64,000 bases of DNA. It comes from an uncultured Gemmatimonadaceae bacterium. GTDB taxonomy: Bacteria; Gemmatimonadota; Gemmatimonadetes; Gemmatimonadales; GWC2-71-9. Shown one piece after another: positions 38,537-48,292 of the stretch. The notes under the pieces were generated by a model, which saw only the letters and a list, made by a program, of their open reading frames with translations, was not told where the DNA came from and searched no databases. Within the stretch, counting starts at the first letter, position 1, and the number at the start of each line of letters is the position of its first letter. The DNA lies in assembly GCA_964585655.1 (NCBI GenBank), contig CAZPER010000002.1, forward strand, positions 18,727-82,726. Reading direction: 5' to 3'. A program made the translations under genes and the position numbers.

Positions 38537-41071
38537 TCAGCCGCACTCCGAGAAGCCGCAGACGTGGCACTTGTTGCATCCTTCGGCGAACTCGAGCTGC
38601 GACCCGCAGTCCGGGCAGGCGCCGGTGAGGACCGGCTGCTGCTCCTTGACCAGCTGGAACTGCTCACCGCCCTGAGTCACGATCTGTTGGACCTGGGCCA
38701 CGGTGGGAATCGGGGTGCCCATCGCGGGGGTGTGGCCGGAGAGGAGTTCCTGCTGGATCCCCTGCTTCTCCTGCATCCACCGCTCGATCGCGATGCCGAC
38801 GGCATCCGGCACCGAGAGCACCTTGTTGGGCCCGAGCCCGATGGCGCGGTCGGAGCTGATGCCCCGGATCTGGCGGTGGATCTCCTTGAGCGGGATGCCG
38901 GAGCGGAGAGCCAGGCTGATCAGGCGACCCATCGCCTCGACGTCGGCCATGATGGCCCCGCCGGCCTTGCCGAGGCTCATGAAGACCTCGAACGGCTGGG
39001 CCCGGTCGTCCTCGGTGATGGTGACGTAGAGCGTCCCCAGCGGGGTCTCGATGCGCCGGGTGGTGCCGCGGAGCATGTCCGGCCGGGAGCGCTTCTGGCG
39101 GCGCTGCAGGTTTTCCGCCTCGAGGTCGTGGACCAGCTTCCGGAGCCGCTCGTTCTCGGCCCGGACCTCCGCGATCTCGCCGTAGAGATCCGCCGCGTCC
39201 GCCCGCGCGGGGGCGCCGGCGGGCTGCATGACGAGGTCCGAGCGGGCCTCCGCCTTGCCGCTGCTGGTGGCCTGCTCCGCGACCTTCCGGGCGGTGGAGC
39301 CGGTGGAGAGCACCTGCATGTCCCGGCTGCCGTCGCGGTAGACGGTGACGCCCTTGCAGTTGAGCGAGAAGGCGAGGCGGTAGATCTCCTCGACGTACTC
39401 CTCGGTGGCGTCGTTGGCGAAATTGCAGGTCTTGGAGATGGCGCTGTCGTTATGCGCCTGGAAGGCCGCCTGCATCCGGATGTGCCACTCCGGCTTGATC
39501 TCGTTGGCGGTGGCGAAGACCCGCTGCCACTTCTCCGGCACCTCGGGGAAGTGGATGTTGCCGGACTCGGCGATCTTCGTCATGAGGGCCTCGGAATACC
39601 ACCCCTCCCGCTGGGCGATCGCCACGAAGTCCTCGTTCACGTCCGGCATGAGCACGCCGGCCTGGTTGCGCATGAAGGCGACGGCGAAGAGCGGCTCGAT
39701 CCCCGAGCTGCAGCCGGCGATGATCGAGATGGTGCCGGTGGGCGCCACGGTGGTGACGTTGCAGTTGCGCAGCCGGCGCATGGGCCGCACCCGGTTGCCC
39801 TGGGCGTCCCGGCCGCAGCTGCTGTCCGGGCCCCAGATGCTCTGCTCCCACTCGGCGAAGACGCCGCGCTGGGTGGCGAGCCGTTCCGACTCGACCTTCG
39901 CTTCCTCGTCCATGAAGGCCATGACCCGGCGGCCCATCTCAACGCCCTCGTCGCTGTCGTACGGGATGCCGAGGCGGATCAGCAGGTCCGCCATGCCCAT
40001 GACGCCCAGCCCGATGCGGCGGATCCGCTTGGAGAGATCGTCGATCTCGGGGAGCGGATAGTTGTTGGCGTCGATCACGTTCTCGAGGAAGTGGGTCGAG
40101 AGGTGGATGACCTGGCGCATGTGCTCCCAGTCCACCTGCCCGTCCTTCACGAAGTACCCGACGTTGATCGAGCCCAGGTTGCAGACGTCGTACGGCAGCA
40201 GCGGCTGCTCGCCGCAGGGGTTGGTGGCTTCGTAGGCGCCGAGGTGCGGCACCGGGTTGTACTGGTTGGCCCGGTCGATGAAGAACACCCCCGGCTCGCC
40301 GGTCTTCCAGGCGCCGTGGATGATCTTGCTCCAGACCTCACGGGCGGGGAGCTGCCCCACGACCTGCCGGGTCTTGGGATGGATGAGGTCGTACTCGGCG
40401 TCCGCCTCCACCGCGGCCATGAAGGCATCGGTGACGGCCACCGAGATATTGAAGTTGGTGATCTTGGTGATGTCGTCCTTGCAGGTCACGAAGTCGAGGA
40501 TGTCCGGGTGGTCCACCCGGAGGATCCCCATGTTCGCGCCCCGGCGGGTGCCGCCCTGCTTGACCACGTCGGTGGACGCGTCATACAGGCTCATGAAGGA
40601 CACCGGGCCGCTGGCCACCCCCATGGTGGAGCGGACGATGTCGTTCTTGGGCCGGAGCCGGGAGAAGGAGAAGCCGGTGCCGCCCCCCGACTGGTGCACC
40701 AGGGCCATGGCCCGCAGGGTGTCATAGATGCCGCTCCGGCCGTTGGAGAGGGCATCGTCCACCGGCAGCACGAAGCAGGCGGACAGCTGCCCCAGGGGGC
40801 GGCCGGCGTTCATGAGGGTGGGACTGTTCGGCATGAACATCCGGTGGGCCATCAGGCCGAAGAACGCCTCCGCCAGGGCCTCAACGGCCCCGGCCGAGGC
40901 GCCGTAGCGGCGATCCGGCTCCGCGATGGTCCGGGCGACGCGCCAGAAGAGATCCGGCGACGACTCGGTCGGCTTGCCCTGATCGTCCTTGATGAGGTAG
41001 CGCTTCTCCAACACCGTGATGGCGTTGGCCGAGAGGTCAAGGGCGTGCTTCGCGTCGTTGGAAATCGCCAT
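38537..41071 (-). CDS. nrdJ: adenosylcobalamin-dependent ribonucleoside-diphosphate/triphosphate reductase (class II)
   Basis: ORF trimmed to MAISNDAKHALDLS. VLEKRYL, NSPTLMNAG, SACFVL, TNPCGEQPL, plus C-terminal CPDCG...CNKCHVCG zinc ribbon. Confidence 0.9.
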   Translation of the reverse strand: MAISNDAKHALDLSANAITVLEKRYLIKDDQGKPTESSPDLFWRVARTIAEPDRRYGASAGAVEALAEAFFGLMAHRMFMPNSPTLMNAGRPLGQLSACFVLPVDDALSNGRSGIYDTLRAMALVHQSGGGTGFSFSRLRPKNDIVRSTMGVASGPVSFMSLYDASTDVVKQGGTRRGANMGILRVDHPDILDFVTCKDDITKITNFNISVAVTDAFMAAVEADAEYDLIHPKTRQVVGQLPAREVWSKIIHGAWKTGEPGVFFIDRANQYNPVPHLGAYEATNPCGEQPLLPYDVCNLGSINVGYFVKDGQVDWEHMRQVIHLSTHFLENVIDANNYPLPEIDDLSKRIRRIGLGVMGMADLLIRLGIPYDSDEGVEMGRRVMAFMDEEAKVESERLATQRGVFAEWEQSIWGPDSSCGRDAQGNRVRPMRRLRNCNVTTVAPTGTISIIAGCSSGIEPLFAVAFMRNQAGVLMPDVNEDFVAIAQREGWYSEALMTKIAESGNIHFPEVPEKWQRVFATANEIKPEWHIRMQAAFQAHNDSAISKTCNFANDATEEYVEEIYRLAFSLNCKGVTVYRDGSRDMQVLSTGSTARKVAEQATSSGKAEARSDLVMQPAGAPARADAADLYGEIAEVRAENERLRKLVHDLEAENLQRRQKRSRPDMLRGTTRRIETPLGTLYVTITEDDRAQPFEVFMSLGKAGGAIMADVEAMGRLISLALRSGIPLKEIHRQIRGISSDRAIGLGPNKVLSVPDAVGIAIERWMQEKQGIQQELLSGHTPAMGTPIPTVAQVQQIVTQGGEQFQLVKEQQPVLTGACPDCGSQLEFAEGCNKCHVCGFSECG

Positions 41072-41206
41072 GGCTGTCCCTGCTGCGGAGACGAGAGTGT
41101 GTAACGGATCCGTTGTTATCTGATCACGACGGAGTAGATCGGGGGAGTCAAAAGTAGAAACGCGGGGCGGGAACGACAATACGCACGGAACCGACGCAAT
41201 CACGCG

Positions 41207-41235
41207 GAAAACGAGTTTTCACATCACAAAGATGT
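41207..41235 (-). promoter_or_regulatory. two adjacent palindromes in the nrdJ upstream region (candidate operator)
   Basis: GAAAAC-GA-GTTTTC (41207-41220) immediately followed by ACATC-ACAAA-GATGT (41221-41235), ~140-160 nt upstream of the nrdJ start. Confidence 0.3.
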
Positions 41236-41294
41236 TTCGCACCGCCCGCCGCCGCCCCCGCGCCGCGCGCGGCCCGCCCACTTCGTGATTCCGT

Positions 41295-41804
41295 TCACTT
41301 GACAACCAGCGGAAAGGTCCCTGCCCGGTGCCGCTCCGCCTGCCCCACGTAATGCCGCCAGGTCTGCTCGATCCGTTCCGCCAGCCGCGCGTCCACCTGG
41401 CGCACCACCCGCCCCGGCATCCCCATCACCAGCGATCCCGGCGGCACCCGCATCCCCTCCGGCACCAGCGCCCCGGCGGCGATCAGGCTCCCCGCCCCGA
41501 TCTCCGATCCATTGAGCAGAATGCTCCCCATGCCGATCAGGCAGTCGTCCCCGACAGTACAGCCGTGGAGGATCACCCGGTGCCCCACCCCGACCCGCGA
41601 CCCGATCGTGCAGGGCACCCCCTCATCGACGTGGACGATGGTCCCGTCCTGGAGGTTGGTCTGGGCCCCGATCGTGATCGGCGCCATGTCGCCCCGGAGC
41701 ACCGCGCCATACCAGACGCTGGACTGCTCGGCGAGCGTCACGTCCCCCATCACCGCCGCGGTGGGCGCGATGAAGGCGGTGGGATGAATCCGCGGCTGGG
41801 TCAC
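41295..41804 (-). CDS. gamma-carbonic anhydrase family / hexapeptide-repeat protein (YrdA/PaaY-like)
   Basis: Left-handed beta-helix repeats, IGxxxNLQDGTIVH pattern. GTG start overlapping the kinase stop (GTGA). Confidence 0.85.
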   Translation of the reverse strand: MTQPRIHPTAFIAPTAAVMGDVTLAEQSSVWYGAVLRGDMAPITIGAQTNLQDGTIVHVDEGVPCTIGSRVGVGHRVILHGCTVGDDCLIGMGSILLNGSEIGAGSLIAAGALVPEGMRVPPGSLVMGMPGRVVRQVDARLAERIEQTWRHYVGQAERHRAGTFPLVVK

Positions 41805-43828
41805 GGAGTGTCGGGCTGGAAGGGGGCTTGGGTCCAGCCGTCCACCGGCTGGCCCTCCCGCATGGCGGGGGTCCAGGACATGCCCTGGGCATAGCTCTCG
41901 ACCGCGCGGGTGAAGGCGGGGTCGTTGGAGGCCTGCCGGGTCCGGAGCGCGAGGGTCTTCCCCTGGCGCGACACTTTCACGATGAGAACGACAGGGGTTG
42001 GGTGGGTGCGGCCGCCGTTGGGAATCGGGACCCGCATGGGGCTGAGCGGCTGCGGCGGCGTGTCGTAGCAGGCCCGGCCGAACTTGTTGGCCGCCGCCGG
42101 ATTGTCGCAGTCAAGGCGGGCCAGCGCCCGCCGCCGGAGTTCGGCGGCCGAGCCGGGCGGTGGCGCCGGCGAGTTGGTGGCACTCAGGTTGGGGGAGAAT
42201 TGCACCGTGCGGCCTCCCTCGATCCGGACGCTGTCGATGTACAGCGCATAGCCGGGAGCGGAGATGCCGACTTCGTGCCAGCCGGACGGGAGCGAGATGC
42301 CGCCGCTCCCCTGCGTGACCAGCCGGGAGTCAATGAAGAGATTGGTGCCGGCGGGCAGTGAAGAAAACAGGAGCACTCCGCTGTCCACCACAGCAGGCTC
42401 CGGCAGGACGGCGCTCGCCGGGGGTGCCGCCGGCCGGCTGGCGGGAGTCTCGGGCGCCGACGCGGCGCCCTGCCCGTCCAGCCCCGCGCCGGGAAGCAGC
42501 GCATCTTCGTCGAAGAGCGAATCCCCGGCCTGCAGCGTGTCCGGCGCAACCGCCCCGGGGATGCTGTCCCGCCGCACCGGTCCGCCCAGCACACCGGCCC
42601 TATAGAGGTAGAGCCCGCCCAGCGCGAAGCCCAGCACGGCCAGCAGGACGAACAGCCACGGCACCCAGCCCGACTTGGGCGGCTCCTGCACCACCACCGA
42701 CCGGCGCATGACCGGCCGCCGCGCCTCCCCCGGCATCATGACCGACTCCGAGGCCCTTCTCGGTGAAAGCGCCGGGTTGGAGCCCGACTGCGAGATCGGA
42801 GACAGCGGGACCGAGGCGGCGGGGAGCGGGGTGGTGGACGGGGGGGAGAGGATGGCCTGGGCGGTGGAGATCCGCCGCGCCGCCACCGATTCCCGCGGCT
42901 GGCCCTCCAGCGCCTTGAGCAGCGCCTCCGCGTCCTGGAACCGGTCGAACGGGTCCTTGGCGATCAGCCGCTTGATGATCTCGAAGACCCGGCGCTCGTC
43001 CACGGTGTCGAGCAGCGGCACCGGGATCGGCTCCATGATGTGCTTGTATCCGATGGCGAAGCTGTCCTCGCCATCGTACGGGACCTCTCCCACCAGGGCC
43101 TGGTAGGCCAGGATGCCGAGGCTGTAGAGGTCGCTCCGGCCATCGATGCTCTGGGCCCGCGCCTGCTCCGGGCTCATGTAGTGCGGGGTGCCGATGGACA
43201 TGCCGGTGCCCGTCAGCTTCGAGCCGGTGCCCGCCTTGGCGATGCCGAAGTCCGTCACCACGCACTGCCCGAACTCGTCGAACATGATGTTGTCGGGCTT
43301 GATGTCCCGATGGACGATTCCCCGCTTGTGCGCGTACCCCAGGGCCCCGCCCACGTCGGTGAGCAGCTTCCGGATCTCCGCCGGCGTGAGCCTCTTCCGC
43401 TCGGCCATCACCCGCGACAGCGAGCCGCCGCGCAGGAACTTCATCACGAAGTGAATGACGCGCCCGGTCTTCCCCACGCGATAGATGGGGATGATGTTCG
43501 GGTGTTCGAGCTGGGCGGAGGTGCGGGCTTCCCGGGTGAAGCGCTCGACGAATTCGGCGTCGAAGGCGAGCGAGAAGGGGAGGACCTTGATGGCGACTTC
43601 GCGCTCGAGGTGCTTGTCCATCGCGCGATACACGATGGCCATGCCGCCGCGGCCGAGCTCCTCGAGCAGCTCGTACTCGTCGGACAGCGCCTCGCGAACG
43701 ATGTCGAGTTCGGTGACGTCCCCCGTGGCGATCGCCTGCACCGGCGTCGTCACCCGGAGATCCAGGCCGCAGGTCGGGCAGAATTGCGTGGCAGGCTGAA
43801 CTTCCGCGCCGCACCGTGAGCAGAACAT
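41801..43828 (-). CDS. Ser/Thr protein kinase with N-terminal zinc ribbon, TM helix, PEGA-like and TonB-C-like periplasmic domains
   Basis: MFCSRCG...CPTCG; HRDIKPDNIMF, DFGIAK, GTPHYMSPEQ; TM WVPWLFVLLAVLGFALGGLYLY. C-terminal region ...VVLIVKVSRQGKTLALRTRQAS...AVESYAQGMSWTPAMREGQPV. Confidence 0.85.
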   Translation of the reverse strand: MFCSRCGAEVQPATQFCPTCGLDLRVTTPVQAIATGDVTELDIVREALSDEYELLEELGRGGMAIVYRAMDKHLEREVAIKVLPFSLAFDAEFVERFTREARTSAQLEHPNIIPIYRVGKTGRVIHFVMKFLRGGSLSRVMAERKRLTPAEIRKLLTDVGGALGYAHKRGIVHRDIKPDNIMFDEFGQCVVTDFGIAKAGTGSKLTGTGMSIGTPHYMSPEQARAQSIDGRSDLYSLGILAYQALVGEVPYDGEDSFAIGYKHIMEPIPVPLLDTVDERRVFEIIKRLIAKDPFDRFQDAEALLKALEGQPRESVAARRISTAQAILSPPSTTPLPAASVPLSPISQSGSNPALSPRRASESVMMPGEARRPVMRRSVVVQEPPKSGWVPWLFVLLAVLGFALGGLYLYRAGVLGGPVRRDSIPGAVAPDTLQAGDSLFDEDALLPGAGLDGQGAASAPETPASRPAAPPASAVLPEPAVVDSGVLLFSSLPAGTNLFIDSRLVTQGSGGISLPSGWHEVGISAPGYALYIDSVRIEGGRTVQFSPNLSATNSPAPPPGSAAELRRRALARLDCDNPAAANKFGRACYDTPPQPLSPMRVPIPNGGRTHPTPVVLIVKVSRQGKTLALRTRQASNDPAFTRAVESYAQGMSWTPAMREGQPVDGWTQAPFQPDTP

Positions 43829-43882
43829 GGCCGAACCTAGGCGGGTGCGGCGCGGCGAGTCAAGTGTCTGGAGATGCTAGAG

Positions 43883-46156
43883 TTAGGGTCTGACTTCGAA
43901 GCCCGCGCGGCTGCGGCGGACCGCGCCCGTCGCGTCCTTGACCGCGACCTCAAGATCGTACTTGCCGGGGGACAGCCGTTCCAGCGACACGCTGCGCTGC
44001 AGCTGGGTGCGGGGCCCCTGGGACTGGTCCTCGAAGGTGAGCCGGATGGCCGGCTTCCGGGAGCCGAAGATGCCCAGGAAGCCCCCGCCTCCCTGCCGGG
44101 TGATGAAGACCTCGGTCGTGAAGGGCGCCCCTTCCGACAGGCCATACACCTCGTAGTAGAGCTCCAGCGGGGCCGCCTTGCGGTAGCGCCGCAGCGGGTT
44201 GAACCAGACGGTATCGCGGGCGGTGGGCCGCCACTGCAGGTTTGCCTCCCGGGTCCCCACCACCAGCCCGCTCAGCTCGAAGTGATTGCCGGAGAAATCG
44301 CCGGCGGTGATCGTGTCGCTCGCGAGGATCACCCCGTTGTCGTCGCCCTGCTCCACCGCCAGCCGGTAGGTGAGCAGGCCGGGGATGACCGGGACCCGGA
44401 TCTGCCCCACGAGATGCTCCCGCTCCGGCACCGGCTCCCGGGCGATGAAGAGCCGCGTGGTGTCCATCGTCGCGACCGGCCGCCCGGTACGGTCCACCAC
44501 GCTCAGCCGCACCCGCACCGGATAGAGGTGTCCCCGGTCGGACGGCACCTCGCGCAGCGCGGAGCCGGGAATCGCGTAGGAGAGATGCAGCAGGCCTCCC
44601 GCGGTATCGCGGCCCGCCACCACGACATCGGTGGACAGCCGGAGGCGGCTGCCATAGCGCAGCTCGTAGGTGTCGGTGAGGGTGCCCCGCTCGATGCTCC
44701 GGCGTCCCAGCATCCGCTCCTCGGTGAGGTACTGCTGGGAGCCGGCGGTGCCCGTCTGCATCAGGCGGCTGTAGATCGGCGAGAGGCGTTCGCGGGTGGA
44801 CAGCAGGTCGCTCACGCGGCCGGTGGTGACGTTGTCCCGGTCCCCGCGCAGTGCCAGGGCGTTGCTGAAGCCCAGGACGTCGAAGACGCTCTCCACCAGC
44901 TTGTAGTCCTGCACGTCCTCGCGGGCCACGAAATGAAAGACCAGGTTGCCGTCGGCCCGCTCGTACATCCACGATTCATTGAACTGGATTCCGGGCGCGT
45001 TGTAGGTGGCGCGCTCGGCCGGTTCCCCGTGGCGGATGTACACGACGCCACGGTCATCGTAGTCGCGGCTCCCGCTGCGGAACCGCTCCACGATATCGTA
45101 GTGCCGGTTGGGGGAGACCAGCTGGAAGTTGCGCCGGGCGTAGAACACCCGTCGGTAATGTTCCCGCAGCCGCTCGCCGTCCCGCAGCAGGGAGGCCCGG
45201 TCCCGCTGGCCCCAGAAGCGGCGCAGAAAGGAGACCCGGCGGTCCCCGGCGTTGGCGTCGAACTCCGCGAGAGCGCTGTCATTGGCCACCAGGGCCAGGT
45301 CCGCGCGATAGGCGGCGACCGTCTCGCCGTCGTCGATCCGGGCCCCTTCGTAGTAGGAGCGCTGCCCCGCGAGGCTGCCGGCGAGGAGTTCGGTACGCGC
45401 CAGCTCCAGCAGGCCCAGCCCCTGCGCCCCGCCCCCCGTGAGGTAGGAACGGAACGCCACGAGCGCCGAATCGATGTCCCCCACTTCCCGTTCCAGCCGG
45501 CCGCGGTACAGCAGCACGTCGGGGTTGGCGGCGGCGCTGGTGGCGGCGGCCTGGCGCAGCGCCTCGCGGGCCAGGGCGGTCTTCACGTTGATGCGCTGGC
45601 GGAGCGCGGTGGAGGCGAGCTCCACCAGGCCACGGACGAACGACGGGTCGGTCTGGACCGAGCGGGCGTATGCGTTCGCGGCGCGGGAGAGGTGATCCTT
45701 GCCGAACATTGCCTGCAGCCCCTGGACGATCGCGATCTCGGAATCGCCGACCCGGTCTTCCGCCGTCCCGAGGCCGTACCAGGCCCAGGGCCAGGTCGGC
45801 TCGATCTCGGTGGCCCACTGGAACTCGCCCGCCGCATCATCGAAGCGGCTCCGGCTCCCCTGCTCTCCCAGGCGCATCGCCACAAAGCCGAGCTTGAGGT
45901 GGCGCATGGCATTGTTGCGATCCGCGCGCGCCTCCCCGATCAGCCGCTGCTCCAGCACCAGCAGCGAAGCGCTGTCGGGAATGGTCGCGATCGAGTCACG
46001 GAATCGCTCGATGAAGGCCCGGTCGTCGGGGGACTGGGCGGCGAGGGAGGTGGCGGCAAGCAGCGGCACCAGCAGCATCCGCCAGCGCCGGACGGCGCGC
46101 GGGAGGCGCGGCTCGCAGGGGCGAGTTCCCAGCCTGGCGACTCGGCTACTCGGCAT
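43883..46156 (-). CDS. large secreted protein, GWxTD-domain-like with TPR-like N-terminal region
   Basis: ORF trimmed to MPSSRVARL (or the ATG at 46078). Signal peptide LLVPLLAATSLAAQ; FLRRFWGQRD and YDDRGVVYIRHGEP resemble the GWxTD signature in degenerate form. Confidence 0.5.
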   Translation of the reverse strand: MPSSRVARLGTRPCEPRLPRAVRRWRMLLVPLLAATSLAAQSPDDRAFIERFRDSIATIPDSASLLVLEQRLIGEARADRNNAMRHLKLGFVAMRLGEQGSRSRFDDAAGEFQWATEIEPTWPWAWYGLGTAEDRVGDSEIAIVQGLQAMFGKDHLSRAANAYARSVQTDPSFVRGLVELASTALRQRINVKTALAREALRQAAATSAAANPDVLLYRGRLEREVGDIDSALVAFRSYLTGGGAQGLGLLELARTELLAGSLAGQRSYYEGARIDDGETVAAYRADLALVANDSALAEFDANAGDRRVSFLRRFWGQRDRASLLRDGERLREHYRRVFYARRNFQLVSPNRHYDIVERFRSGSRDYDDRGVVYIRHGEPAERATYNAPGIQFNESWMYERADGNLVFHFVAREDVQDYKLVESVFDVLGFSNALALRGDRDNVTTGRVSDLLSTRERLSPIYSRLMQTGTAGSQQYLTEERMLGRRSIERGTLTDTYELRYGSRLRLSTDVVVAGRDTAGGLLHLSYAIPGSALREVPSDRGHLYPVRVRLSVVDRTGRPVATMDTTRLFIAREPVPEREHLVGQIRVPVIPGLLTYRLAVEQGDDNGVILASDTITAGDFSGNHFELSGLVVGTREANLQWRPTARDTVWFNPLRRYRKAAPLELYYEVYGLSEGAPFTTEVFITRQGGGGFLGIFGSRKPAIRLTFEDQSQGPRTQLQRSVSLERLSPGKYDLEVAVKDATGAVRRSRAGFEVRP

Positions 46157-46206
46157 CAGTCTCGTTGGGTTACGCGGTCGGTGATCCGGCTGCAACGGCT
46201 CTCGGG

Positions 46207-48105
46207 CTAGGGGACGTCGCTCCCCTGACCTTCCGCCACACGTTTCAGAAACGTCACCAGCCCGTCCCGCACCGCGAGCGCATAGGCCAGCTGCCCCGCC
46301 GGCTGCCGGAGTGCGGCCTCCTGGTCCGGCAGCATCATGAAGAACCCCTCGCACAGCACGGCTGGCATCCAGGTAGGGCGGACCAGCGCCAGGTCGCCGC
46401 GCGCGGCTCCGAGGTCCCGCAGCCCGAGGCGCCGAACCAGTGCGGCCTGGATGTCCTGGGCCAGCGGCAGGCTCCGGGGGTGATAATAGAAGACACTCGA
46501 GCCGTTGTTGGTGAACGGGTTCACGCCATCCGGCAGCGCGTTGTTGTGAATCGATACCAGCAACTCGGCACCGAGCGAGTCCGCGAACCGGGTCCGGGCA
46601 TTGAGGTCCAGGCTTTCGGTGCCCCGCCGGGTCAGGATCGGCTGCGCGCCGGCGGCCTCCAGCAGCCGAACCAGCTCCAGGGACACGGCGAGGTTGGCGT
46701 CGGCCTCCTTGAGCCCGGTGGGACCGGTCGCGCCCAGCGGCGGGTGGCCCGGGTCCACCACGATTCTCCGGCCCCGAAGGGGCGCCGCGCCATCCACCAC
46801 CGGCGGCCGGCGCACTTCCAGCAGCAGGTCGTTCCCGCTCCAGCGAGTCCGATAACCCCACACCGGACCCGCGACATCCAGGGTGATGGTGACCTCGTCG
46901 CTCGCCGCCTGCAGCCAGCGGATCTGCCGCAGGTAGGGATCGTTGGCGCCGTACCGGATCCAGTTGATGTCGCCCACGGTGTTGTAGAGCCGCAGCGTGA
47001 GCCCGCCCTTCGCTTCCTCAACCCGGAACGGTATCCGCGCCGTGAGCGGCACCCGGACCACGACCCGGTCGGTGGCCGGAGTGGCGGTAAGGGAGAGCAC
47101 GGTGGCGCGGAGCGCGGGGCTCCCGGCGGGCAGCGGCACCAGATCCGCCGCCGGCACCCAGGCCTCCTGCTGGCGGGAGAGCCGGATGCGCGCGTCGTCT
47201 CCCAGCCGACCCGTGAGCTGGGCGCGGGTACCGGTCGGGAAGAACCAGTGGTAGGTCGCGCCGGGGCGCGCCCGTCCCACCGTCAGGCTGTCGGTGGTGC
47301 CGCTGCCCGCCGAATCGTCGTTCAGTTCGACCATCACCGGGAGGGTATCAAGCAGGGTGACCTCAAGCGGCCAGCGCAGCCGGACGGTATCGGCGCCACG
47401 GATCGCTTCGATGACAGCGCCCGTGGAGTCCCCCGGAAGGGCCTGGCCGCGGATGGCGCCAACGTAGCGTTCCGCACGCTGTGGCGCGAGGAGGTTTGCG
47501 GTGTCCCGGTCAAAGGCCCGGATCCCCCACGCAACCTCCCCGGGCCCCCGTTCGGCGGCGAGCGGGACCACGGCGCCACCGGGGAGCAGCAGGCGGACCT
47601 CGGCACCCTCGACGGCGCGGAGACTGACGGGGAGGTACTCGTCCCGGGGCCACCAGACCCGGCCCCCCGGACTGAGGCTGAGACTATCCACCCAGACCGG
47701 CGCGGCCGGGGGGCGGAAGCGGGGGACGGTCCGGAGGGAATACTGGTATCGCAGGGTGTCGGCGCCGGCGGTGGCCACCAGGGCGAAAGCCGGCGCGGAA
47801 TCCGGGGGGAGCGGCACCCAGGCCAGCCAGGCGCCATTGGGCCAGACCTTCACCGCCGCGTCATTGATGGTGAGCAGGGCCCGGCCGGTGCCGACGGTTC
47901 CGAACAGGAAGGTCGAGTCCCGGGCGTCCACGACGTCCCGGGGCCCGGGATAGACCACCCGGATCTCGAGCGGGCCATCCACCGTGGGAACCGGCGGGAG
48001 TCGGGAACCGTCTGGCGGGAGGGGACCGGGGGCGGATCCCGGCCGGGCGCAGCCAGCCAGGAGGAGGAGCGCCAGGGCGAGACCGCCGCGCACCGCAAGG
48101 GGCAT
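46207..48105 (-). CDS. N-acetylmuramoyl-L-alanine amidase (Amidase_3/AmiC-type) lipoprotein with long N-terminal domain
   Basis: ORF trimmed to MPLAVRGGLALALLLLAGC (lipobox). C-terminal VVDPGHPPLGATG...SIHNNA...EGFFM amidase_3 motifs. Confidence 0.8.
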   Translation of the reverse strand: MPLAVRGGLALALLLLAGCARPGSAPGPLPPDGSRLPPVPTVDGPLEIRVVYPGPRDVVDARDSTFLFGTVGTGRALLTINDAAVKVWPNGAWLAWVPLPPDSAPAFALVATAGADTLRYQYSLRTVPRFRPPAAPVWVDSLSLSPGGRVWWPRDEYLPVSLRAVEGAEVRLLLPGGAVVPLAAERGPGEVAWGIRAFDRDTANLLAPQRAERYVGAIRGQALPGDSTGAVIEAIRGADTVRLRWPLEVTLLDTLPVMVELNDDSAGSGTTDSLTVGRARPGATYHWFFPTGTRAQLTGRLGDDARIRLSRQQEAWVPAADLVPLPAGSPALRATVLSLTATPATDRVVVRVPLTARIPFRVEEAKGGLTLRLYNTVGDINWIRYGANDPYLRQIRWLQAASDEVTITLDVAGPVWGYRTRWSGNDLLLEVRRPPVVDGAAPLRGRRIVVDPGHPPLGATGPTGLKEADANLAVSLELVRLLEAAGAQPILTRRGTESLDLNARTRFADSLGAELLVSIHNNALPDGVNPFTNNGSSVFYYHPRSLPLAQDIQAALVRRLGLRDLGAARGDLALVRPTWMPAVLCEGFFMMLPDQEAALRQPAGQLAYALAVRDGLVTFLKRVAEGQGSDVP

Positions 48106-48150
48106 GGGCTGCAAGGTACACGGCCACCGCGACTTACGGCAGATCATCCG

Positions 48151-48179
48151 TTGACGCTCCACGCGCGCAATCCTAGATT
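48151..48179 (+). promoter_or_regulatory. candidate sigma70-type promoter for the FHA-kinase-phosphatase operon
   Basis: TTGACG (48151-56), 17-nt spacer, TAGATT (48174-79), ~115 nt upstream of the FHA gene ATG. Confidence 0.4.
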
Positions 48180-48292
48180 GCTGGGATAGCCCTTCCGTAC
48201 ATCGTCCCGAGATCCGAGGATCGCCCCATCAACATGCACCCGGCGTGCGTCGGTTGGCTGGTCAGCTTCGCCGCCTTCGAGGTGAGGGGCTG

